Shown here in pieces: positions 1 to 8,409 of a stretch of 64,000 nt of DNA. Made by a program: the position numbers and the translations under genes. Source of the stretch: an uncultured Clostridia bacterium (GTDB taxonomy: Bacteria > Bacillota > Clostridia > TANB77 > CAG-508). The stretch spans positions 31,790 through 95,789 of the forward strand of contig CAJFRV010000004.1 of assembly GCA_904419495.1 (NCBI GenBank). Reading direction: 5' to 3'. Within the stretch, counting starts at the first letter, position 1. Each line of letters starts with the position of its first letter. A model generated the notes under the pieces. That model was not told where the DNA came from. It saw only the letters and a program-made list of their open reading frames with translations, and did not search any database.

Positions 1-1
1 T

Positions 2-376
2 ATCTTTCTTTATAGTGTGTTAGGTGGTAAAACTCAGAGAAAAACAGCAGATTTTATGAACCTATCTCAAAGTTATATTTCAAGATTGGGAATACGTTCT
101 TATAAAAAAATTAGATATTTTTTTGAACAACAAGAAAAAGTAAATATACACTTTGAAAAAAAGATATCATTTCTTGTAAAAGACGATATATTTATTATTA
201 CTTTTTTTACAGAGTTTTATCCTCAGAATTTAAAAACTGTTTTACTTGAGAAACATAAGAAATACCGTTACAAATTATTTTTCCGGAAAGATGGCACAAT
301 ACGCGTAATCATGGGTATGGAACATAAATCTTTTCAAATTTTAGCAGAAATAATCATGGCACTTTATAGTCATTAA
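2..376 (+). CDS. sigma-70 family protein fragment (region 4 HTH) with an unusual ~80-aa C-terminal tail; 5' end lies outside the window
   Basis: Frame is open from nt 2. 'KTQRKTADFMNLSQSYISRL..KKIR' resembles region 4.2 of sporulation sigma factors (SigE/SigK 'ISQSYISRLEKR'). The tail has no motif I recognise. Confidence 0.45.
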   Translation: MFLYSVLGGKTQRKTADFMNLSQSYISRLGIRSYKKIRYFFEQQEKVNIHFEKKISFLVKDDIFIITFFTEFYPQNLKTVLLEKHKKYRYKLFFRKDGTIRVIMGMEHKSFQILAEIIMALYSH

Positions 377-389
377 TAAGCTTGTCTAA

Positions 390-420
390 AAGCGGAGTCT
401 TAATAATAAGGACTCCGCTT
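390..420 (+). terminator. hairpin after the sigma-like ORF
   Basis: Stem 390-401/409-420 (AAGCGGAGTCTT / AAGGACTCCGCTT); only a weak T tract follows. Confidence 0.5.
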
Positions 421-556
421 ATCTCTAAACTTTTTTCAAACTTTTAATTAAAATCAAACTAAAAAATAATAAACTTTTTCTTTATGAGCTCCATCTCTCT
501 TCACTTCAGTATTCTTCAAAAGTATTTAATATATTAGAAATGTTTACCTAAAGATA

Positions 557-584
557 TTGTTTTCCTTATAAATTGTGATATAAT
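557..584 (+). promoter_or_regulatory. sigma-A-like promoter upstream of spoIIID
   Basis: TTGTTT (557-562), 16-nt spacer, extended -10 TGaTATAAT (576-584). Confidence 0.4.
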
Positions 585-616
585 GTGTTTAATTTTAAAT
601 GAAGGGAGTAGCATAT

Positions 617-880
617 ATGAATAGTAAAAGTGAAGAAATCTATGAACGGGTACTAAAACTAGCAAACTTCACAATCAGTTCTCGTTCAACGATTCGGGCA
701 ACTGCCAAAGCTTATTGCTTATCAAAATCCACAGTGCATAAAGATTTAACCCATCGTTTACCCATCATTTCACCACTTTTATATAAACAAGTACGTGAAG
801 TGCTAGATACAAATAGAAATGAATGGCACATACGCGGTGGAATGGCAACAAAGAAAAAACATCAAAATAGCAAAAGATAA
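617..880 (+). CDS. spoIIID: stage III sporulation protein D (SpoIIID) HTH transcription factor
   Basis: 87 aa. 'STIRATAKAYCLSKSTVHKDLTHRLP...EWHIRGG' matches the SpoIIID family. AAGGGAG SD lies 8 nt before ATG 617, so the track start at 599 is less likely. Confidence 0.85.
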   Translation: MNSKSEEIYERVLKLANFTISSRSTIRATAKAYCLSKSTVHKDLTHRLPIISPLLYKQVREVLDTNRNEWHIRGGMATKKKHQNSKR

Positions 881-899
881 TTCTTTTAAAGCTAAAAAA

Positions 900-934
900 G
901 CGGATCCCTTTTCATTTTAAGGGGTCCGTTTTCT
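900..934 (+). terminator. intrinsic terminator of spoIIID at the convergent junction
   Basis: Stem 900-910/919-929 pairs fully in the plus-sense RNA (two G:U), followed by TTTTCT. Confidence 0.6.
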
Positions 935-937
935 AAT

Positions 938-1591
938 TTATCTCCTTACTTCAATTTTATTTTCATAAATTGTATCCATTATTTCATCTGAATAGTATTT
1001 GTCAAAAAATACATCTATATTATTTGATGCTGCAATTTGACGATTTCTTTCTTCTTGTCTAATAGCTGCCATTGATGATACAGCTATATTAAATATCATG
1101 AAAATAGCAAATAAAGCTGTTACTGTTCTAAAATAATTATTTTTTATAATCTTCTCTATATTTTCTATTAGTGGTATTATATACTTCATAAATAAAATTC
1201 CCCCTATTCCCCAATATGTACAATGTAATAAACTTGTTCTTCCATGTATATTAAACCATAAATGTGAATAATCCCATGATATAGTTCCAAATAGCAATTC
1301 TTGGAAATAAGAACATAAATATTCTACTATTCCCCCCAATACCATTGTGATAAAAAAGATTTTTAAATATCCTCCTTTTATTCTTGGAACAACAAAATAA
1401 TATGTCAATATTCCTAGTCCATAGACTTGTGCAAATGGTCCAAATACCAAACCTTGTCTTGAAACAAAATGCCCATTTTGAACAAGTCCTACGATCATTT
1501 CTATACCATATCCAATGATACTTCCAATAATAAATATCCAAAATAATTTAATAACTTTATTAATCCATTCTTCTTTTTTCATCTGTTTCAC
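938..1591 (-). CDS. polytopic membrane protein, PF06541-like ('putative ABC-transporter type IV', DUF1113)
   Basis: 217 aa, multi-TM; shares 'G..IE......NG.FV.R.G.LFGP....YG' with the paralog at 1793-2347. Confidence 0.5.
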   Translation of the reverse strand: MKQMKKEEWINKVIKLFWIFIIGSIIGYGIEMIVGLVQNGHFVSRQGLVFGPFAQVYGLGILTYYFVVPRIKGGYLKIFFITMVLGGIVEYLCSYFQELLFGTISWDYSHLWFNIHGRTSLLHCTYWGIGGILFMKYIIPLIENIEKIIKNNYFRTVTALFAIFMIFNIAVSSMAAIRQEERNRQIAASNNIDVFFDKYYSDEIMDTIYENKIEVRR

Positions 1592-1734
1592 CCCTCTAAA
1601 TCCATTTTATCAATCTTTCTTGTGGCGTTAAATCGCTTTTTCTTACATTTCTATTACATTTTTGTAATTTAACTATATCATGTAAATATTAAATATTTTT
1701 TTAGTATTTCTTAATGTATCCTTAAATAATTCTT

Positions 1735-1774
1735 AAGAAAAATAGAGATTAAAAGAATTTATCTTTTAATCTCT
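1735..1774 (-). terminator. intrinsic terminator of the 1793-2347 gene
   Basis: 13-bp stem 1744-1756/1762-1774, T run on the minus strand. Confidence 0.65.
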
Positions 1775-1792
1775 ACAATAAAAGCTATGTAA

Positions 1793-2347
1793 TTATGGAT
1801 TTAAATATTTGATTGCTGAAAATGTTGTATCTATGATAATTAAAACCATACATATCAAACAAGCTATTCTTAAAATATGAGTTGTGTTTCCTTTTGTCAT
1901 TTTTTGTATCTTATTTTGTATATAAGGATGTAGCTTTTCTAACAATATTAATCCAATCACACCCCAGAATATGGAATACAATAAACTAACTCTTCCTTGA
2001 ATATTTAAAAAATCATCTGAATAATCCCACCATCTTAGCCCAAAAAGCATTTCTAATAAGAAAGATACAATATATTCAAATAATGTAAATGCAATTGCTG
2101 CAATTAAAAATTTTAAAAATGGCTTTTTATATAGCTTTTTTGTTGCTAATAATAACAAGACCGCTCCAAATCCATATATCGGACAAATTGGACCAAATAA
2201 GAATCCTCTTTTTACAAAATAGCCATGTACAAATAATGCATAAATTGTTTCTATTAGCCACCCTAAAAAAGAATATATAAAGAAATAGGTTATATATTCA
2301 ATTATTTTATCTTTCGTAGTTTTTGCTAATACTACTTCTTTTTCCAT
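1793..2347 (-). CDS. polytopic membrane protein, PF06541-like paralog
   Basis: 184 aa, multi-TM, same motifs as 938-1591. Confidence 0.5.
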   Translation of the reverse strand: MEKEVVLAKTTKDKIIEYITYFFIYSFLGWLIETIYALFVHGYFVKRGFLFGPICPIYGFGAVLLLLATKKLYKKPFLKFLIAAIAFTLFEYIVSFLLEMLFGLRWWDYSDDFLNIQGRVSLLYSIFWGVIGLILLEKLHPYIQNKIQKMTKGNTTHILRIACLICMVLIIIDTTFSAIKYLNP

Positions 2348-2368
2348 AAACTTCCCTTTATTTCCTTT

Positions 2369-3100
2369 CTATTTTATATCCTTTTGTATTGATTTTAATG
2401 CCTCTTCTGTTACTTTGCTTTTATCAAATTTATTAATAATAAATATCAAAATTCCTACCAATAAAAATGTGATAGCATAAATAATTAAACTTGACTTCCA
2501 ATCACCTCTCATTAAAGTATGTCCTGCAAATGTGGATGATACAACTGAAGGCAATCTTGCAAATGTGGATATCAATATAAATCTCAATGGTTTAATTGGT
2601 AATAAACCTGCAATATATACTAATAAGTCTTTTGGTGTTCCGGGTATCATAAATAATATAATCATTATCCATTCAATTTTTTTAGGATTTTTAAATAATT
2701 TACTATTCTCTATTTTTTTTACTTTTTCTTCATTGCAAATATCATACACAAACCTTCTTCCTAATTTTCTTACTAAAAAGAAAATTGCCGTTGTGATGAT
2801 ACATACAGATATGGTTATAAATAGTAAACCTCCCCATCCTCCATAACACATTCCTGCCAATATTTCTATTGGTTCACCGGGTAATATAATTAAAAATATT
2901 TGTGCTAATTGCAAGCCAAACAGCATCAATAATCCAAGAAAACCTGAAGCATTTACTTTATTTTTAAAAGCCTCTTGTCCTTCTGCTGTACTTAAATCTT
3001 TCATGACTGGTATCAAATAGATAATAACACCAATAATGATAGCTAGTGCAATAATTGCTAAAAATATTCTTAATAGTTTTATTTTACTTTTTCTGCTCAT
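2369..3100 (-). CDS. TVP38/TMEM64 family (DedA superfamily, VTT domain) membrane protein
   Basis: 243 aa; 'LPGEPIEILAG' and 'IPGTPKDLLVYIAGL' are typical VTT-domain re-entrant loop motifs. Confidence 0.7.
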   Translation of the reverse strand: MSRKSKIKLLRIFLAIIALAIIIGVIIYLIPVMKDLSTAEGQEAFKNKVNASGFLGLLMLFGLQLAQIFLIILPGEPIEILAGMCYGGWGGLLFITISVCIITTAIFFLVRKLGRRFVYDICNEEKVKKIENSKLFKNPKKIEWIMIILFMIPGTPKDLLVYIAGLLPIKPLRFILISTFARLPSVVSSTFAGHTLMRGDWKSSLIIYAITFLLVGILIFIINKFDKSKVTEEALKSIQKDIK

Positions 3101-3320
3101 TTTTATCCTTTCTGTTTTATACTATTTAAATAAAACATAACATATATATTATACCACATTTTTCCTAAAATGTATGCATTTTGCAGTATTTTTATCTTAC
3201 ATTTTTGTTATATTTAGTATAACAAGTATTTATTAAATATTTTTTTATGAAATATTAAAATTTTCTTAAGAAAAAAAAATAAAGCATACAATGCCTTATT
3301 TTTCAATAAATTTTCTTATT

Positions 3321-3758
3321 TTATTCTTTTTTCCATGTCATTATATATTCTGTCTCATTAAATTGTTCATTTAATTGTATCTTACTATTTTTAAATTGTC
3401 GCTTTGAAAAAAATATAATACTGTTCATGTTTTTTTCAAATACCTTTACAAATATTTCTACATCTTTTTCTAGATTATCTCTACAGTAATTTATTAATTT
3501 GCTTCCAATTCCCTTTCCTCTATATTCTTCTTTCACATAAATTGCCTTTATTTCATTATCATAGATAGAAATAAAGCCCAAGATTTCATCATTTTCAGCA
3601 TATACATAGGTTTTAAAATTTTCTAAAAAATCGACCTTTGTTTGATTATAAATCTCTAGCCAATAATCTTTTTCAATAAAACTATTGGCTTTAAAATTCC
3701 CTTTAACCCATATTGTCATCACATTTGTTAAATCTTCTTCTTTTATTTTTCTTATCAT
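3321..3758 (-). CDS. GNAT family N-acetyltransferase
   Basis: 145 aa; acetyl-CoA motif 'YRGKGIGSKLI'. Confidence 0.7.
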   Translation of the reverse strand: MIRKIKEEDLTNVMTIWVKGNFKANSFIEKDYWLEIYNQTKVDFLENFKTYVYAENDEILGFISIYDNEIKAIYVKEEYRGKGIGSKLINYCRDNLEKDVEIFVKVFEKNMNSIIFFSKRQFKNSKIQLNEQFNETEYIMTWKKE

Positions 3759-3881
3759 ATAATCACCTTTTCCTTTGTTTCTTTAAATTTAACAAAAAAA
3801 TGTGTATTTTTCAATATGTTTGTGTTAAAATTTGATGTCCTATTTTATTACATGCATTCTTATTTTCTGCCTTACATATCT

Positions 3882-4721
3882 CTAAAATTTATCTGGATTC
3901 AATCCTAATCTTTTAAAATTATCATTAATTTTTTGCATATTTCCATACATTCCATTTCTAATCTCATATATGTAATTATCCTTTTCTGGATTATCTGTTT
4001 CACAATTTAATTCTTTTTCTATATCATATTTGACTCTTCTAAATTCAAAAGATATTCCATTTTCTGTATGATCTTGTGATTCATAATCCCCTTCAATAAT
4101 AAAATAATTTGCCACTGTTGTTTCTAATAGATTAGCATCTTTTTCTTTATTTCTAATTACGTCAAAAGAAAATCCAACACTTCCTACATTAATGAGTGTT
4201 CTATTATAGATTTTATCTAAAAATGGATGATGAATATGTCCATAGATTGCAATATCTGCTTTTTTGTGAGATATCGTTTTATCTGTTGGTAAAAACATTT
4301 TATATTTTGTTTCAATACTATCTTCATTAACAATTGGCTCTCTATCTGTCCATGGCGTTGCATGGAATAGTCTAACTAAGCTTCCATCTAACATAAACTC
4401 ATAACAAAATGGTAAATTGTTTAACCATTCCATTTGTTCTTTATTTAACAGACTTTGATTCCATTCTAATCGTCTTTTTTCAATATCTGACATCTTATTG
4501 ATATCATGATTATTTTCAGAAAAATGCCTATCACAATTTCCGCGTATAACAACATCACATTTCTCTTTTACTAATTTTAAGCATTCCACAGAATGATTTC
4601 CTTTAGCAATAATATCTCCTAAACATATAATTTTATCAATATGTCTCTTTTCTATATCCTTAAATGTCATTTTTAATGCTTCTAGATTTCCATGAATATC
4701 TGAAATAATAGCAATTCTCAT
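3882..4721 (-). CDS. metallophosphoesterase (calcineurin-like)
   Basis: 'ISDIHGN', 'GDIIAKG', 'GNCD', 'GHIHHP' motifs. Confidence 0.75.
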   Translation of the reverse strand: MRIAIISDIHGNLEALKMTFKDIEKRHIDKIICLGDIIAKGNHSVECLKLVKEKCDVVIRGNCDRHFSENNHDINKMSDIEKRRLEWNQSLLNKEQMEWLNNLPFCYEFMLDGSLVRLFHATPWTDREPIVNEDSIETKYKMFLPTDKTISHKKADIAIYGHIHHPFLDKIYNRTLINVGSVGFSFDVIRNKEKDANLLETTVANYFIIEGDYESQDHTENGISFEFRRVKYDIEKELNCETDNPEKDNYIYEIRNGMYGNMQKINDNFKRLGLNPDKF

Positions 4722-4793
4722 AATTTCTATATGATATATTGTATATCATATACTCCTTTCTTTATTTTCTATTAACATTATATTGATTTCCTT

Positions 4794-6383
4794 CTAATTC
4801 GTCAAATGTTTCAATTTCACTAATCTATTAAATTCTTCTTCTAATTCCTTTTTCTTTTTTTCATCTTTTGTCATTGATAATTCTGAGCTAATTTGTGACA
4901 ATTTAAACTCTAGTAATAATCTATCATTTCCATTATTATTTTTTTGCTTTTCTAATTTTTCTTTTTCATATTGTAAATAACTAGAATAATTTCCTTCATA
5001 TTCTTCTATTTTATGATTTTTAATCATCCATATATCTGTTGCAATATGATCTATAAATGTCTTATCATGTGTAACTAATAAAATAGTTCCATTATATTTT
5101 TTTAACAAATCTTCTAAAGCTTCAATAGAAGGAATATCTAAAAAGTTTGTAGGCTCATCCAATAGTAATAAATTGCTTTCTGATACTAATATTTTAGCAA
5201 TAGATACTTTTACCCTTTCTCCTCCACTTAAATCTTTAATCTTTTTGTCTAAATCTTTGTCTTTAAATAGCAGATTTGCCAATATATTTTTCACAAATAC
5301 TTCTGATTGGTTGGTATCTCTCATGACGTTTTCTATAATAGAAGTATGCATATTTAAATTGGTAAAGTCTTGACTAAAATATCCTATTTTAACATTTGGA
5401 TTTATTTTAATGCTCTGATGATGTTGTTGCATAATTTCCTTTACTAATGTTGTTTTCCCTATTCCATTTTCACCGATCAAAGCAGTTTTACTATTTGTTT
5501 TTACAATACCATTTGCATTTTTAAATAGTATTTTATCTCCTAATTGAATATTTAGGTTTTCTATACGAATGGCAATTTTACTTTTCACCTTTTGGTCTGT
5601 TTGATATTGCATACATATCTTAGAATTGTTTTGTGGCCTTTCTTTTACTTCTAATTTATCTAATCTCGTTTTTAATGCATTTGTATGCCCTTCTAGCTTT
5701 TCTCGTATATTTTCAACACCTCTTTTATGGAGCCTTGCTTCAGAGTTTCCCATTCTTTTTGGTGTTTTTCGAACTTCTTTAGCTGTATTTTTTGAAATTT
5801 GAATAGCCTTTTCTAATCTATGTTTTTCCTCTATATATTGGACATATTCAAATTCTTTTCTTTTGATTTCTGTTTCCTTTTGTAATTTATATTTAGAATA
5901 ATTTCCTTCATATTTTTTTACTTTTCCATTTGCAATTTCAATAATAGACGTACAGATTTCATCTAATAAGCTTCTATCATGTGATATAAGAAGTATAGGA
6001 CCTTTATACCTTTTCAATTCTTTTTCTACATAGTTTATTGCATTTCTATCTAAATTACTTGATGGTTCATCTAATAGCAAGATTCCACTTTGATTTACTA
6101 TCTTTTTATTAAATGCTTGTTTCTTCTTTTCTCCACCACTTAAGTGCTTATTTTCAGAATGGAGTTCTTCAAATTGCTCCATATATATAATATTTTGATT
6201 ACAGACAATTTCTCCTGTATCTGGTTTTATTCTACCAGAAATCATATCTAGCAATGTCGTTTTTCCAGAACCATTTTGTCCTACAATACCTACCTTTTCG
6301 TTTTCATATATTTTTAAATTCTCGATTTCTAATACTTTTTTATCTCCATAATATTTAGTTATATTTTTTAATTCTAATACCAT
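4794..6383 (-). CDS. ABC-F family ATPase (two NBDs, no TM segments), ARE/ribosome-protection-like architecture
   Basis: Two Walker A sites (GQNGSGKTT, GENGIGKTT), two LSGGE signatures, and a ~80-aa basic interdomain linker. ATG 6383 has AAAGGAGGAG 6 nt upstream, so the track start at 6404 is unlikely. Confidence 0.8.
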   Translation of the reverse strand: MVLELKNITKYYGDKKVLEIENLKIYENEKVGIVGQNGSGKTTLLDMISGRIKPDTGEIVCNQNIIYMEQFEELHSENKHLSGGEKKKQAFNKKIVNQSGILLLDEPSSNLDRNAINYVEKELKRYKGPILLISHDRSLLDEICTSIIEIANGKVKKYEGNYSKYKLQKETEIKRKEFEYVQYIEEKHRLEKAIQISKNTAKEVRKTPKRMGNSEARLHKRGVENIREKLEGHTNALKTRLDKLEVKERPQNNSKICMQYQTDQKVKSKIAIRIENLNIQLGDKILFKNANGIVKTNSKTALIGENGIGKTTLVKEIMQQHHQSIKINPNVKIGYFSQDFTNLNMHTSIIENVMRDTNQSEVFVKNILANLLFKDKDLDKKIKDLSGGERVKVSIAKILVSESNLLLLDEPTNFLDIPSIEALEDLLKKYNGTILLVTHDKTFIDHIATDIWMIKNHKIEEYEGNYSSYLQYEKEKLEKQKNNNGNDRLLLEFKLSQISSELSMTKDEKKKKELEEEFNRLVKLKHLTN

Positions 6384-6385
6384 AA

Positions 6386-6420
6386 AAACTCCTCCTTTAA
6401 TCATATTAAAGAAGGAGTTT
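6386..6420 (-). promoter_or_regulatory. SD-sequestering leader hairpin of the ABC-F gene
   Basis: 16-bp stem 6386-6401/6405-6420. The single non-Watson-Crick pair is G:U only in the minus-sense RNA. The 3' arm contains the SD. Confidence 0.55.
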
Positions 6421-6619
6421 ATTATTATTTATCTCATTTGATACTTATATATGTTTAATGTTATTAACTTATTCATTTTTATATAAGATATATTATCTTG
6501 AAAATTTGTATTATTAATAAACCATTCTAAAATATGATTGTATATTATTTCATATATTTTAGTTTATTAATAATCATTATCTTTGCACCTATTTAACCTT
6601 TCTTTTATTTTCATTTACT

Positions 6620-6648
6620 ATTTTATCACATCTTCATTTATTTTTCAA
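6620..6648 (-). promoter_or_regulatory. promoter of the ABC-F leader
   Basis: TTGAAA (6648-6643), 17-nt spacer, TGaTAAAAT ending at 6620. Confidence 0.45.
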
Positions 6649-6657
6649 TCCTATTTT

Positions 6658-7317
6658 CTAATCCATAGATGAATCTTCTATATAATAAACTTTTCTTTTG
6701 AAGATAAATTTGTTTGTTTTTTTCCAATAAAATAGCAAACAACCTATAATAAATATAATAGCTAATACGATTAATGTAATATGAGAATATTGTTCAAAAA
6801 TAGCAAGCATATTTGTCCAGTTTTCACCTACAATATTTCCTATGATTAATAGTACTGCATTCCATACTGTTGACCCTGCTGTTGTATAAATTAAGAATTT
6901 TCCCATAGGCATTTTACTAATTCCTGCTGGTATTGAAATTAAACTTCTAACAATTGGCACAAATCTACAAAAGAAAACTGTTTTATTTCCTTTTTCATAA
7001 AACCATTTATCTGCTTTATCTATATCTTCTGCTTTTAATCTTAACATTTTTCCAATTTTTCCAGAAACAACTTTTTTTAGTCTTTCTTTACTTAAAACTC
7101 TTCCTGCATAATATAAAACAAGCGCTCCTACAAGTGATCCTATAGTTGCTGCCACAATCATAACCACTAGATTAAGACCTGTATAAGTCGTCATAAATCC
7201 GCCAAATAACAATACTGCCTCTGATGGAATTGGTGGAAAAATATTTTCAATTGCAATTAAAAAAAATACCCCTAAATATCCAAATTGTTCCATTATGGAT
7301 AACATTATCTCTTGCAT
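6658..7317 (-). CDS. DedA family membrane protein
   Basis: 219 aa; 'GYLGVFFLIAIENIFPPIPSE' and 'FCRFVPIVRSLISIPAG' are DedA signatures. Confidence 0.8.
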   Translation of the reverse strand: MQEIMLSIMEQFGYLGVFFLIAIENIFPPIPSEAVLLFGGFMTTYTGLNLVVMIVAATIGSLVGALVLYYAGRVLSKERLKKVVSGKIGKMLRLKAEDIDKADKWFYEKGNKTVFFCRFVPIVRSLISIPAGISKMPMGKFLIYTTAGSTVWNAVLLIIGNIVGENWTNMLAIFEQYSHITLIVLAIIFIIGCLLFYWKKTNKFIFKRKVYYIEDSSMD

Positions 7318-7347
7318 ATATTTTCTCCTTTTTTATTAGATGGTTGT

Positions 7348-7376
7348 AGTATACTATTAAATCATATTCTTGTCAA
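7348..7376 (-). promoter_or_regulatory. consensus sigma-A promoter of the DedA gene
   Basis: TTGACA (7376-7371), 17 nt, TATACT (7353-7348). Confidence 0.6.
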
Positions 7377-7400
7377 CTTTTTTTACAAAATACCTTTTTA

Positions 7401-7431
7401 TAAGAAAAAAAAGATGTTAAACATCTTTTTT
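7401..7431 (-). terminator. intrinsic terminator after the GT2 gene
   Basis: AAAAAAGATGT-TAA-ACATCTTTTTT hairpin plus T run. Confidence 0.6.
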
Positions 7432-7437
7432 CTTTTT

Positions 7438-8382
7438 CTATTCATTCTTTTCTTTTTCTCCATTATACTCATTTACTAAATATAATGGTCTATTTTTACT
7501 TTCATTAAAGATTCTTCCTAGATATTCGCCTATAATACCAAATAATAAAATCTGTACACCTGAGAAGAATAAAATTAATAGTATAATTGCTTGATATGCT
7601 TGTATTGCTGTACTTGTTATAATACATTTTGCAATCACATATACAAAATATACAAATAAAAGTATAAATGTTGGTATACTAATATATGTTGAAATTCTAA
7701 GTGGTGATGTGGTAAATGATGTGATTCCATCAATTGCTAAATCTACTAATTTTTTATAATTCCATTTTGTTTGACCTGCAATTCTTGGATCTCTATCATA
7801 TAACACTTCTTTCTTTTTATAACCAATCCAACTAAACATACTCTTAGAATTTCTTTGAGATTCTCTCATCTTTTTTAATGCATTCACACATCTTCTATCT
7901 AACAATCGAAAATCTCCCGTATCTTTTTGAATTGGTACACTTGTTAAACTTTGAAGAACTCGATAATACATTTTTGATGTAAATTTCTTTAGCCAAGTTT
8001 CTCCTTTTCTTGAACTTCTCTTGGCATAAACATCATCATATCCTTCTTCCCAATATTTAACTAACTCCGGAATCAATTCTGGTGGATCTTGCAAATCTGC
8101 ATCCATAAAGATAACACAATCTCCTGTTGCATAATCCAATCCTGCTATCATGGCAATTTCTTTTCCAAAATTTCTAGAAAAATCAACATAGCTAATTCGA
8201 CTATCCTTTTCTCTATATTCTTTTATTAAATTAATTGTATTGTCTTTACTTCCGTCATTTACAAATAATATTTCAAATTGATAGTTTCCCATTGTATTCA
8301 TTAATTTTTCTAATCTTTCATATAGATGTGGTAATGATTCTTCTTCATTATATGCTGGTATGATTATTGTTATTTTTTTCAT
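7438..8382 (-). CDS. GT2 polyprenol-phosphate glycosyltransferase (GtrB/CsbB-like) with 2 C-terminal TM helices
   Basis: 314 aa; 'IIIPAYNEE', 'VNDGSKDNT', 'MDADLQDPPE'; C-terminal TM pair. Confidence 0.8.
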   Translation of the reverse strand: MKKITIIIPAYNEEESLPHLYERLEKLMNTMGNYQFEILFVNDGSKDNTINLIKEYREKDSRISYVDFSRNFGKEIAMIAGLDYATGDCVIFMDADLQDPPELIPELVKYWEEGYDDVYAKRSSRKGETWLKKFTSKMYYRVLQSLTSVPIQKDTGDFRLLDRRCVNALKKMRESQRNSKSMFSWIGYKKKEVLYDRDPRIAGQTKWNYKKLVDLAIDGITSFTTSPLRISTYISIPTFILLFVYFVYVIAKCIITSTAIQAYQAIILLILFFSGVQILLFGIIGEYLGRIFNESKNRPLYLVNEYNGEKEKNE

Positions 8383-8409
8383 ATTATTCTCCTTCTTTCT
8401 AGCTTTTCA

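Noticed and set aside
1251-1541. A minus-strand 96-aa ORF in an alternative frame inside the 938-1591 gene.
   Set aside because: It is fully nested in the membrane protein gene, whose frame has a paralog supporting it. Its W/R/C-rich composition is atypical of the rest of the proteome.
6384-6404. ORF-track start of the ABC-F gene at 6404 (MIKGGVF...).
   Set aside because: That ATG sits in the hairpin loop and its first codons are the SD itself. ATG 6383 has correct SD spacing and gives the canonical ABC N-terminus.
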